Shown here in pieces: positions 8,869-16,727 of a DNA stretch of 36,818 bases. This stretch comes from a virus (Duplodnaviria > Caudoviricetes), in the IMG/VR virus record IMGVR_UViG_3300007231_000016, positions 1 to 36,818 of that record; one strand, given 5' to 3'. The number at the start of each line of letters is the position of its first letter. Positions within the stretch are counted from its first letter, which is position 1. Position numbers and translations under genes: made by a program. The notes beneath the pieces were generated by a model that saw nothing but the letters and a program-made list of their open reading frames with translations, did no database searches and was not told where the DNA came from.

Positions 8869-9797
8869 TGCGTTAACACTTTGATAGCGTGATGTCCTTG
8901 TTGTGGTACGACTCCGTTGCCTAATAGTTTTAATAGGATGTTACGTTTCATCCCTGAGTTGCATACCCATCCGTGGGGTAGGCCCATCATCCATTCAACG
9001 AACCAGGGGTTTAGTTTGCCTTCGTCTACAGGTTTAGGCGCTGTTCTTCCCAATGTATTTTCCCATCTGGTGATGGCTGATCGGTATTGTCCCCAGGAAG
9101 TCTCGCTAACGCATTCTCTAGATTCTGTGGTTGGTCTAGTGGACGTTCCCAAATGTTCATGTTGCGTGCTTCTCCGTTCTGTGCCCGTGGTGTTGGCAAC
9201 AGACGAACCTCTATAGACAAACTCTTCCCGTGACCGTTGCCGTTGTTGTGCTGCTCCCGCTTCTCCATTATCCAATTCTCCCACCACTCCACAGTCTTGT
9301 CGTCCCCCATGTCGTTCACTACTGGTGTCGGTAGCAACACAAAACCATCTAGCTCTTTGATGTGGCGCTCCGACATCGGAAGCTCGGACAATTCCCCAGC
9401 GCGAGTCATACCCCATTTCGGTAAGTGTTGCAACGACGGAGGTTCCTCCGAGAGTAAGGATGCCTGAGACATTCTCCAACACAACTGTTCCGGGTCGAAG
9501 AATCCTAATGGCGTCCCCGATATACTCAAAGATTGCTCGGTCATCTTCTAATCCTTTACGGTACCCGGCTGTACTAAATGGTTGGCACGGGAACCCGGCA
9601 GTCACAATGTCTACTTCATCGTAGTCATGCGGGTTAGTTTTGGTTACGTCTGTGAAAGGTTTAGCTCCGAAATGGGAAGACATTAAATCTATGGCTGGCT
9701 TATATATTTCTGAGAACCATGAGGTCTTAGCACTATAGAACTGTTCTACTGCGAGGTCTAACCCTCCGTAACCTGAACAGAACGAACCTATCTTCAT
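8865..9797 (-). CDS. DNA (cytosine-5)-methyltransferase
   Basis: Motif I FCSGYGG, motif IV GFPCQ, motif VI LENV, motif VIII HQRAR, EWMMGLP, motif X LGNGVVPQ. Confidence 0.92.
   Translation of the reverse strand: MKIGSFCSGYGGLDLAVEQFYSAKTSWFSEIYKPAIDLMSSHFGAKPFTDVTKTNPHDYDEVDIVTAGFPCQPFSTAGYRKGLEDDRAIFEYIGDAIRILRPGTVVLENVSGILTLGGTSVVATLTEMGYDSRWGIVRASDVGAPHQRARWFCVATDTSSERHGGRQDCGVVGELDNGEAGAAQQRQRSREEFVYRGSSVANTTGTERRSTQHEHLGTSTRPTTESRECVSETSWGQYRSAITRWENTLGRTAPKPVDEGKLNPWFVEWMMGLPHGWVCNSGMKRNILLKLLGNGVVPQQGHHAIKVLTQ
9026..9544 (-). CDS. Nested alternative-frame ORF, putative second methyltransferase subunit
   Basis: 172 aa open in the +1 frame, AAAGGA RBS upstream, two LLPTP repeats, CWRMSQASLL...PKWGMTR.G motif. 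Confidence 0.6.
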   Translation of the reverse strand: MTEQSLSISGTPLGFFDPEQLCWRMSQASLLSEEPPSLQHLPKWGMTRAGELSELPMSERHIKELDGFVLLPTPVVNDMGDDKTVEWWENWIMEKREQHNNGNGHGKSLSIEVRLLPTPRAQNGEARNMNIWERPLDQPQNLENALARLPGDNTDQPSPDGKIHWEEQRLNL

Positions 9798-10129
9798 TGG
9801 TCTATTAGCTCAGTCCACAACCACAACGGCATCACCACATACGCATCCTTAACGCCCTTGTTACGGCGCTTCACAATCGCAGCGAACCATCTAGACCCAG
9901 CGTTACGTCCCTCAGCTTCAGCTTCATCCACGAAACCAGCCAAGTTAATTTGCTTATGGTCTTTGAGTTCTAAGCACCACTCAGAAAGGCACCCGTCCCC
10001 GATCAGATCTCCCTTGTCTTCAGCACCGGCCAGTGCTCTTCGTTCTACCCATGCGCCTGTTTCGGCGGATAGGTATCTGACAACGGCTGTCTCGAAGGCG
10101 GTGCCCTTCTGCTTGGCACGATTTACCAT
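9794..10129 (-). CDS. Holliday junction resolvase (PD-(D/E)XK, Hjc-like)
   Basis: KQKGTAFE...ERRALAG..DKGDL...LELK. ATG at 10129 with GGAAGAAGAG upstream. Confidence 0.8.
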   Translation of the reverse strand: MVNRAKQKGTAFETAVVRYLSAETGAWVERRALAGAEDKGDLIGDGCLSEWCLELKDHKQINLAGFVDEAEAEGRNAGSRWFAAIVKRRNKGVKDAYVVMPLWLWTELIDQ

Positions 10130-10130
10130 C

Positions 10131-10424
10131 TTACTCTTCTTCCTGGTCTTTCCACCAATCAAACCTAAAAGTCACAGTGGTTTCTTCATCGTCCATTTCA
10201 AACAGCAGTTCACGTATCGCCGCCTGGATAATGTTACTTCGGAAAGCCCACATTGGTAGCGCAGCGACTTCAGGGGGACACCCTGGATGCTTACGCATAC
10301 TATCCCCGTAAACATCTAGCTCTAAAAGCAGGTCGCTTGGGATAGCCACCGCTACGAAATCTGTATCGTACGGGACTTCCAAAGCAATTTGCTCGTAGCC
10401 ATGTGAATTGTTCACAGACTCCAT
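10131..10424 (-). CDS. Hypothetical protein, RHH-like with insertion
   Basis: ATG 10424 lies 1 nt after the upstream stop. VAVAIPSDLLLELD...RSNIIQAAIRELL. Confidence 0.5.
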   Translation of the reverse strand: MESVNNSHGYEQIALEVPYDTDFVAVAIPSDLLLELDVYGDSMRKHPGCPPEVAALPMWAFRSNIIQAAIRELLFEMDDEETTVTFRFDWWKDQEEE

Positions 10425-10425
10425 A

Positions 10426-10584
10426 CTACACGTACGCCTCTCTGTAGAGCTTGAGTGCGTCACGGATAATATCGGATTGGCTTTTGTTGTTCATCACAGC
10501 AGCCGCCTTAATGTACTCCATCTCATGCTGATACAACCGGACGTTTATAGCAACTGATCGTTTATTGTTAGTGTCTATGTACAT
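10426..10584 (-). CDS. Ribbon-helix-helix (CopG/Arc-like) protein, 52 aa, absent from the ORF track
   Basis: MYIDTNNKRSVAINVRLYQHEMEYIKAAAVMNNKSQSDIIRDALKLYREAYV. TAATG coupling with SSB, fills the gap exactly. Confidence 0.8.
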   Translation of the reverse strand: MYIDTNNKRSVAINVRLYQHEMEYIKAAAVMNNKSQSDIIRDALKLYREAYV

Positions 10585-11003
10585 TAGAAAGGCTCCTCAT
10601 CTGTAGCGAACGCAGCCTGAACAGTCTTAACTGCTGCTGTGTCTTTCGGTGTAGAAGCAATACCGTCAGGTACTGAAGCTCCCTCGAAACGCATTGACAG
10701 TGACACGTCGTCAGCTACTACCGCTAACTTCGATCTTTTCTGCCCTTCTTTAGTTTCCCATTGAGAGAAATCTAGGCGTCCCGTTACGGTAATCCTTTTG
10801 CCTTTAGCGCAGGACTCCGCAATGTTCTCACCTAACGTTTCCCAGGCTGAGCAGTCAATGTAATGTGCTTGTTTCTCACCGTCCTTTTTCATCTGGTTCC
10901 ATGCGATACTGAAATCGCAGATAGCTTTACCGCTACTTGTGAACCGTAGTTCGGGGTCTCTTGTAAGATTCCCAGTGAGTGTTACAGTATTTCCGTTAGC
11001 CAT
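10584..11003 (-). CDS. ssb: Single-stranded DNA-binding protein
   Basis: GNLTRDPELRFT.SG, KG.RITVTGRL, acidic DEEPF tail. Confidence 0.95.
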   Translation of the reverse strand: MANGNTVTLTGNLTRDPELRFTSSGKAICDFSIAWNQMKKDGEKQAHYIDCSAWETLGENIAESCAKGKRITVTGRLDFSQWETKEGQKRSKLAVVADDVSLSMRFEGASVPDGIASTPKDTAAVKTVQAAFATDEEPF

Positions 11004-11397
11004 TGCTTTCTTCTTTCTTTAATAGTGCGTCATACAGGTAGTAGTTATCTTGCGCCCAGAGATGCAGACCCAAACCTAACCTCATAGCGCAACGCTTGAG
11101 TGCGTCGCTGATACCTTCTTTGAGAAGCTCTCCGCTATCAGACATTGATCGTGTACCGATACCTCCCGCTTCTTCTACGGTCACTTCACGGCCATCAATG
11201 GTGCAGGTTAGAGCTACGATTACTCCATCGACTTTACCGTCCACATAGATGATGTGTTTTACTTCTATATTGTGTGGACCTACGATGCCTAAAAGGTTTT
11301 GTGATACTTCCGAGTGGGAGACGTAATCAAACTTGCCTTTTTTGTCAACGTATCGTGGGTGGAATGGTTTAGCTAACTTAGTTAATTGCTCAGACAT
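10996..11397 (-). CDS. Rad52/22-like (Sak-type) single-strand annealing protein
   Basis: L.KPF...DYVSH...SDALKRCAMRLGLGLHLW, located between the exonuclease and SSB. Confidence 0.75.
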   Translation of the reverse strand: MSEQLTKLAKPFHPRYVDKKGKFDYVSHSEVSQNLLGIVGPHNIEVKHIIYVDGKVDGVIVALTCTIDGREVTVEEAGGIGTRSMSDSGELLKEGISDALKRCAMRLGLGLHLWAQDNYYLYDALLKKEESNG

Positions 11398-11602
11398 CTA
11401 TTTCCCTTTCTAATTTGTACGAATAATAATTTTGTTTAGGTAACTTCTTTTTATGTATCACATAGCCCAGCTCACGTAACTCACGCAACCTACGCAGCCC
11501 TTCGCTACCACCAACAGCCTGGTTACATAACGCAGGACCTCCCACCCATTGACCGTTAGCGTTCTGCAAAGCTTTCAATACTTGTGCTTTACGTCCTTTC
11601 AT
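11390..11602 (-). CDS. Winged helix-turn-helix protein
   Basis: VLKAL....GQWV.G..L...SEGLRRLRELRELGYVI...YKL. Confidence 0.65.
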   Translation of the reverse strand: MKGRKAQVLKALQNANGQWVGGPALCNQAVGGSEGLRRLRELRELGYVIHKKKLPKQNYYSYKLEREIDV

Positions 11603-11787
11603 TCTTCCTCCTCCTGCTTTTCCTCATCCAAAGTATTAAATAAATCTTCAATGTCATTCAAATAATGATGAATAGCATGGCTACACATATTGTGTTTATA
11701 AAGATTCAACTCCTGCGAATATTTTTCCAGCCTTTTATAATCATTTAAACTGATAGTTGTTGACACTTTCCTAACGGCACTTGACAT
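11599..11787 (-). CDS. RHH-like small DNA-binding protein
   Basis: VSTTISLNDYKRLEKYS...NMCSHAIHHYL, a beta-helix-helix pattern. Confidence 0.5.
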   Translation of the reverse strand: MSSAVRKVSTTISLNDYKRLEKYSQELNLYKHNMCSHAIHHYLNDIEDLFNTLDEEKQEEEE

Positions 11788-11789
11788 AA

Positions 11790-12656
11790 TCAATCCTCGA
11801 ATTGTTCACGGTTAATCCATTGACCGTTCTTCAACGGAATAAGAACATCATCCAAACTCAACGCTTGGGCAGGCATAGTGTCGCACAAACCCCAGTAATC
11901 ACAGTAACGACACCGCCACGAACCCTCCGTACCTCCAGGTTGTGGCAACGTCTCAACATGTCCCCACCCAGGAATAAACCGAGCAGGTAACACGTCGCTC
12001 TTAATCTCTTTAGCGATCGCATTTATTCTCTCAGCTTCAAGCTGCGAAACTTCCCGAACCGTACGACCATCACCAGGAACCGGATCGTCCAGACCCAACA
12101 TCCACTCAACAGTTTCCCCCGCTTGGATATGGTCACGGGGTTTGAACTGGTTACCGGCGTTATCTTTAGCCAAGTACACTATGTGGATAGCGTCAGCATC
12201 AACAGCTAAGGCGTACATGCCTGCCTGCTGCACTTCGTGTAGCTCAGGCTCACGCTTAACTCTCGCTAACTTCATAGGGTAAGACTTTTTTGTCTTCAAC
12301 TCAAAGACTATTGTTTTTTCTTCGTGTTCATAGAGTCCATCAGCATGACCAGAAATGTCGTAACCTATAGGTCTCAGATCGACCTTGACTTCTACTAACA
12401 TTCCATAAAAAAACTGCATCGCTTCTTGGACTAGCTCATGCAAATGGTGCCCAGTGTGGAACGCTAAAAGCGTAGCGTCAGTAGTTTGTTCTGACGGCTC
12501 CGCATCTAACATTTGGAAACCTATCTGACGGTCACAAGCCCCAGCCATAGAACCACGCCCCAGAGTAGGGAACGCTGTCTTTAAATCGCCTCCACGAGCG
12601 TGCTCCAAACGCACCAGACGACGGTAGGCGTCATAGGCGAGAGTGCTATCCGTCAT
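11790..12656 (-). CDS. Cas4/RecB-like PD-(D/E)XK exonuclease
   Basis: N-terminal C.RQ, GHADG, FELKT, Q..MY, C-terminal CRYCDYWGLC Fe-S cysteines. Confidence 0.85.
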   Translation of the reverse strand: MTDSTLAYDAYRRLVRLEHARGGDLKTAFPTLGRGSMAGACDRQIGFQMLDAEPSEQTTDATLLAFHTGHHLHELVQEAMQFFYGMLVEVKVDLRPIGYDISGHADGLYEHEEKTIVFELKTKKSYPMKLARVKREPELHEVQQAGMYALAVDADAIHIVYLAKDNAGNQFKPRDHIQAGETVEWMLGLDDPVPGDGRTVREVSQLEAERINAIAKEIKSDVLPARFIPGWGHVETLPQPGGTEGSWRCRYCDYWGLCDTMPAQALSLDDVLIPLKNGQWINREQFED

Positions 12657-12966
12657 GATTAACGTACTCGTCGTTCGTGCTTAACGGTTCGTCCCATAAC
12701 AAGGTAGAAGCTATGTTGTTTAAATCTCTAAAGCTCTTGTCGTTTAACTGGATCTGATGCTGCGACCCGTTCATCTTATTGATAAACGTGATGACCCAGC
12801 TAATATTGTCAGGTGCGTAGCCGCCGTTCACGACGTACTGCTCCCTCGTCTGAATGTTCACTACGCTGTCCGTGTGCTCAGGCTGCACCGCTTTAGATTT
12901 TTTAGTGATGCAATTAAAAAGCCCTTCGTCCGTAGTAGTTAATGACGTATGCCAATGTTCTAACAT
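12646..12966 (-). CDS. Hypothetical protein
   Basis: AAAGGAG RBS and TAATG coupling at 12966, a better start than 13038. Confidence 0.65.
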   Translation of the reverse strand: MLEHWHTSLTTTDEGLFNCITKKSKAVQPEHTDSVVNIQTREQYVVNGGYAPDNISWVITFINKMNGSQHQIQLNDKSFRDLNNIASTLLWDEPLSTNDEYVNHDG

Positions 12967-13223
12967 TATTTCTCCTTTTTTTCTTTTGTGTAACCCCTTG
13001 CGAGCATGATGTCGTTTTTGGTGAGTGCGTCTTGCCACGTCGGACCACGGCCAGAAGCAGTGACGTTTCTTTTGCGTTTATCAACCACCGGTCGACCTTG
13101 TTTAGTCTCTGCCCGCAACCCTCTGTATCTACGACTTTGAGCGTAAGATTTGTGTGCACGTTTACATTCCGAACACCTGCACCCCCGCTGATATGATGCC
13201 TCAGTCATTGAACATTGAGCCAT
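12966..13223 (-). CDS. Hypothetical zinc-binding protein (YxxGCRCxxC)
   Basis: YQRGCRCSECKRAH. TGATG coupling at 13223. Confidence 0.6.
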   Translation of the reverse strand: MAQCSMTEASYQRGCRCSECKRAHKSYAQSRRYRGLRAETKQGRPVVDKRKRNVTASGRGPTWQDALTKNDIMLARGYTKEKKEK

Positions 13224-13435
13224 CAAAAACCTGCTTTAACGTAATCAAGTTCCGACCGGAAATGAGCCAACTCTTTTTTAATCCCGGTAACGTGCTCAGG
13301 ATCGCAACCGTTCAGCGCAAATAACAAATCATTAATTTGGATAGTTAGCCAGTCGGCTTTATCTGCGTCGATATCGTCAGAGTCTGGTGGCTGTTGGGCA
13401 TCGTATAATGCTTGAGCGCTATTGAATCCGTCCAT
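13223..13435 (-). CDS. Hypothetical protein
   Basis: GAGGGAG RBS, 70 aa. Confidence 0.65.
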   Translation of the reverse strand: MDGFNSAQALYDAQQPPDSDDIDADKADWLTIQINDLLFALNGCDPEHVTGIKKELAHFRSELDYVKAGF

Positions 13436-13467
13436 GTCTCCCTCTTTCTATGTCTTACAATGTAATA

Positions 13468-13800
13468 CTAGCCTGGTTTGCACACCCAGTAACGCCAATC
13501 GCCATGAATATTAAAGATCTTTGACGCCATCACAATATTTTCAGGCACCCCCGTGCGCCGTTTCCACAGGTCCGAATACGACTCGCTCCAAATTGAGTTA
13601 ATTTGGAACAGCCCCCAGTCAGTCGTTTTGTTGCGGTTTTTGTGGTACGCCAGAGGGTTAAACCTCGACTCACAATAAGCAACTTCAAGAGCTGCGGGAC
13701 AGGGTAAGGCGTGGCATATTTGGTGTTTTGTTGCGTCTTCTTTCGGGGATAGGCTCAGCAAATCGAGCATTAGCCAAAAAAGTACCCCTGCTAGGTTCAC
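13468..13800 (-). CDS. Lysozyme-like / lytic transglycosylase with N-terminal signal or anchor
   Basis: CESRFNPLA (catalytic Glu), DWGLFQIN, hydrophobic N-terminus. Confidence 0.8.
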   Translation of the reverse strand: MNLAGVLFWLMLDLLSLSPKEDATKHQICHALPCPAALEVAYCESRFNPLAYHKNRNKTTDWGLFQINSIWSESYSDLWKRRTGVPENIVMASKIFNIHGDWRYWVCKPG

Positions 13801-14042
13801 TTTAGCACCACCGTGATTTTGTATAGGTCCCCATTGTCAGGATCAAACGAGCACTCAACTGAGAAAGCGCCGTCTCTTTTGGTCTGGAAAGAGAACCCAG
13901 CACCGTTCAGACATTCACCGAAGACTTGCCCTATGGTGGGTGCACAAACTTTGTTCCGTAGCTCTTCGGGTAAAAGGCTAGGGTCAATTATGACCAGCGC
14001 TCCGCAGTCGGTCGCGACTTCCCCTATTTTATTTATAGCCAT
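13797..14042 (-). CDS. Hypothetical protein
   Basis: 81 aa, overlaps both neighbours, IGEVATDCGALVIIDP. Confidence 0.6.
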   Translation of the reverse strand: MAINKIGEVATDCGALVIIDPSLLPEELRNKVCAPTIGQVFGECLNGAGFSFQTKRDGAFSVECSFDPDNGDLYKITVVLK

Positions 14043-14227
14043 TTCTCAGCTTTCCAGTCATACAGTTTCGGTCGTTGGATTAGTCGTACCGTAGGCGCAG
14101 GTTTTGCGCCGTCTCTCTTGATAGCGATAGCCTTATCGTCTTTAATCTGTTGACGTAACGCCCAGAGCAGGAACGGAAACAGGATAAAAGCCTCACCGGG
14201 TATGAACTCACCTAATGCTTCTATCAT
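14033..14227 (-). CDS. Small membrane protein
   Basis: TAATG coupling at 14227, hydrophobic AFILFPFLLWAL. Confidence 0.55.
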   Translation of the reverse strand: MIEALGEFIPGEAFILFPFLLWALRQQIKDDKAIAIKRDGAKPAPTVRLIQRPKLYDWKAEKWL

Positions 14228-14553
14228 TAGAGATCTCTCCAGTCTACGTAGTCGTACGTATCCCCTACGTTCGGGTCTGCTTCTGACCACAGTGTCACAG
14301 CCTGCGTTACTTGGCATTCTGTCGAGTCACTGTCGTTCCGCTTGTGGCATGGGGCGCGCACTGTTGTAATGTTCACGTAGTCGCTAGTGGTAGCGAAACA
14401 CACAATCAGATTGTCATACTCTTCGCCCCAACTATTAACCAGTGCTTTAAGGTCGCTCACTCGCATAGGGCTATGGCCTGACCATCCTTCTTTTGCATCC
14501 TCACTCATCCAGTCTTGGTGGGTTTCGTAATTCGTATCACACTTTTTTTTCAT
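14227..14553 (-). CDS. Hypothetical protein
   Basis: 108 aa, ATGA coupling with the GP88-like gene. Confidence 0.6.
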   Translation of the reverse strand: MKKKCDTNYETHQDWMSEDAKEGWSGHSPMRVSDLKALVNSWGEEYDNLIVCFATTSDYVNITTVRAPCHKRNDSDSTECQVTQAVTLWSEADPNVGDTYDYVDWRDL

Positions 14554-15359
14554 GCTAATTCCCTCACAAATTTGCTATCAGTCCCGATAGCTTTACCTTT
14601 TGGACGTAACCCAATAATCGTTTTGGTTTCGTTTGATTGTGTCCGATCATCTGACAAGTCACCGTCCACAATTTTGTAACCTAACCAGGTCGCCGGAAAT
14701 GGCTCATTCTTACGTCGGTTAATAACCACCGCTACGCTACCGTAGGATTCAACCATGCCGGTAATCTGCTTAGGCGTGTGATTCTCATGAACGCTACCGA
14801 CCAACTTGTAACGATCGCTAGTGGTTCGCTTCTCGCTAGGGTATTTGGTGTAGTCGTAAGCATTAACACCTTTTAAGGTGAGCAAATCGGGACAAAAAAC
14901 TTCGACTCTTAAATCAGAAATAATATTAAATCTGAAATTGATTTTACCGTGCTTCTTAACTTCTTTACGTAGTTCATCGGCCAGTGCTCTAAGGAATAAG
15001 GCAGGATGGGCGGCCAGTAATTCGGTACGCCAATTTCTGGCAAGTTGCGATTTCGGATAACGTCCATTCCCTGCAGTGGCCAGACACAAATCACGGCATC
15101 CCTTAGAACTATGTCGGCAGGTGTTCCAGTTGCCAGAGGTACCGGCAGGCGCTAACGATAGGCCTACGCTATGCGTATCACTTTTTGCTAGTTTCGCGTT
15201 ATCGGTGTCTCTTGTTAACAATTCACCTTTCAAAGGTTGGAACCCTGCCATCTCTCGAGATTGGCACATTAAACGATTAAATTCTGCATTATCGTTTTTT
15301 GTGAGCGGCTCTAGGGTAAACGGTCCTAGTTTTTCTAGGTGCCTTGATAAATCTTGCAT
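14550..15359 (-). CDS. GP88-like (gene product 88, radical-SAM-related) protein
   Basis: LSLAPA...C-x6-C-x3-CL...G.G, RFNIISD, YDYTK, DGD.SD.R, GLRPKG. Confidence 0.7.
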   Translation of the reverse strand: MQDLSRHLEKLGPFTLEPLTKNDNAEFNRLMCQSREMAGFQPLKGELLTRDTDNAKLAKSDTHSVGLSLAPAGTSGNWNTCRHSSKGCRDLCLATAGNGRYPKSQLARNWRTELLAAHPALFLRALADELRKEVKKHGKINFRFNIISDLRVEVFCPDLLTLKGVNAYDYTKYPSEKRTTSDRYKLVGSVHENHTPKQITGMVESYGSVAVVINRRKNEPFPATWLGYKIVDGDLSDDRTQSNETKTIIGLRPKGKAIGTDSKFVRELA

Positions 15360-15367
15360 AACTCTCC

Positions 15368-15401
15368 TAGTGGTTTAGTAGTGGTTAATAATTTAAGTGT
15401 A
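15368..15401 (-). promoter_or_regulatory. Putative early promoter (-10 TACACT) and AACCACTAC leader motif
   Basis: Minus strand TACACT-9nt-AACCACTAC-TA-AACCACTA-GGAG, the same spacing as at 16681-16704. Confidence 0.5.
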
Positions 15402-15403
15402 TC

Positions 15404-15946
15404 TCAACAGCCTGCCATATCGTCTAATGTTTCAAAATACATTTCAAGAAATCGCGTAATTGCTGGTAAATAAACGCTAGCGGTACTAGTCACAGCTTCG
15501 CCTATGTCGTCCTCGTCATAATATTCAATAAAAGCGAGTTTTTGCGGATCGTTTAAATAAATAGTTAAATAGCTTCTCCACCCATCATGCAAAGATACTG
15601 GAACTTCAAACCTTACGCTTGAAATTGTGCCCATATTGTTAGGCTCATTACGGTAACTGTTAAGGTTTTGCTTTTGCGTTATTTCCATTACCAAACTATC
15701 AACGATTTCAGCCATACCGCCGGACAAATGACCACTGGAAGTTTCGTTGTACACAAACCCATCTTTTGAGAATTTGCCAACGTCTAAAGCGTCCAGTAGT
15801 TGCATATCTTCAACCGATAAAACGTCTACGTCATCATGATAATCATACGCTAGATTAGCGTAAACCTCTAAACGTTCCAGGTTAAGTTTAAGTTTTGCGT
15901 ACCTCATGGCGGTACCGTAAGATTTTGTAGGGTTATCAAAGTTCAT
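15404..15946 (-). CDS. Hypothetical early protein (acidic)
   Basis: 180 aa, purine-rich leader AAAAGAAAGAAAG. Confidence 0.65.
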   Translation of the reverse strand: MNFDNPTKSYGTAMRYAKLKLNLERLEVYANLAYDYHDDVDVLSVEDMQLLDALDVGKFSKDGFVYNETSSGHLSGGMAEIVDSLVMEITQKQNLNSYRNEPNNMGTISSVRFEVPVSLHDGWRSYLTIYLNDPQKLAFIEYYDEDDIGEAVTSTASVYLPAITRFLEMYFETLDDMAGC

Positions 15947-16065
15947 TATTTCACTTTCTTTCTTTTAAGTTAGATAATAATTTTGTAGCGTCTCTGTCTG
16001 TAAATTACCGATCTTGCGTCCAGTTCCTACAACTTTGTAAGGCTTGAGACAGGCAAAAAATCTGC

Positions 16066-16263
16066 TTAATTAGGGTAAGGGTTAAACGGTTCAAGGTCTT
16101 TAAACAGCCACCCAACCCAACTGCTTGACTTATCCGGGTCAACTTTGTTAATGGCTAACGTCCCCCAACCTGTTCTAGAGATTTTACCAATAACGAAACA
16201 TTCCCCGAAGTATTTGCCAGGGTGATTAATTACCACAGTTTGTCCTACTTCAAACGTGCTCAT
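16066..16263 (-). CDS. Hypothetical small protein (SH3/KOW-like start)
   Basis: FEVGQTVVI...GKYFG, ATGA coupling. Confidence 0.55.
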   Translation of the reverse strand: MSTFEVGQTVVINHPGKYFGECFVIGKISRTGWGTLAINKVDPDKSSSWVGWLFKDLEPFNPYPN

Positions 16264-16664
16264 CGGACAAACAACCGGGTCTTAGTAAGATTAGTGAAAC
16301 TATCGCTAGCGATATAAACAGCCACACGACAAGAACTCACAGGCTCTAAAGTGTCGACATAATGGAACGTAGCGCCTAAATGATTTCGGTCCTTAGGATT
16401 GTAAGAAACCTCGCGATATCCGGCGATAGTATCGGCTATAGCCTTATCAGTAGCCATCTCACGATTTACAAGATTACCGTTAATCTTCGCGCATACCTTT
16501 CTAGGCCCGTCCTTAATCTGTGCATGGGCATTAGCACCGACCGTCAACTTAACATCCTGTAACACGATAATCTCGTTGTAAACGTGCTCTTGCTTATCAG
16601 AACCTGCCTCTTTTAACGATATACACTTCTTATGGATATTAGCGTGTGCAAATGACTTAGCCAT
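16260..16664 (-). CDS. Hypothetical early protein, first gene of the minus arm
   Basis: GAAAGG RBS before ATG 16664. NIHKKCISL...VSYNP pattern. Confidence 0.65.
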   Translation of the reverse strand: MAKSFAHANIHKKCISLKEAGSDKQEHVYNEIIVLQDVKLTVGANAHAQIKDGPRKVCAKINGNLVNREMATDKAIADTIAGYREVSYNPKDRNHLGATFHYVDTLEPVSSCRVAVYIASDSFTNLTKTRLFVR

Positions 16665-16680
16665 AATTGGCCTTTCTTTT

Positions 16681-16727
16681 GTAGTGGTTACACCATTAAA
16701 ATTACAGTACTCAAAACTCAAAAGCAA
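16681..16727 (-). promoter_or_regulatory. Sigma70/SigA-like early promoter plus AACCACTAC leader motif
   Basis: Minus strand TTGCTT-17bp-TAATTT-9nt-AACCACTAC. Confidence 0.6.

Noticed and set aside
11790-12656. Cas4-like gene as evidence of a CRISPR system
   Set aside because: No repeat-spacer array or other cas genes were seen. The context (annealase, SSB) indicates a recombination exonuclease.
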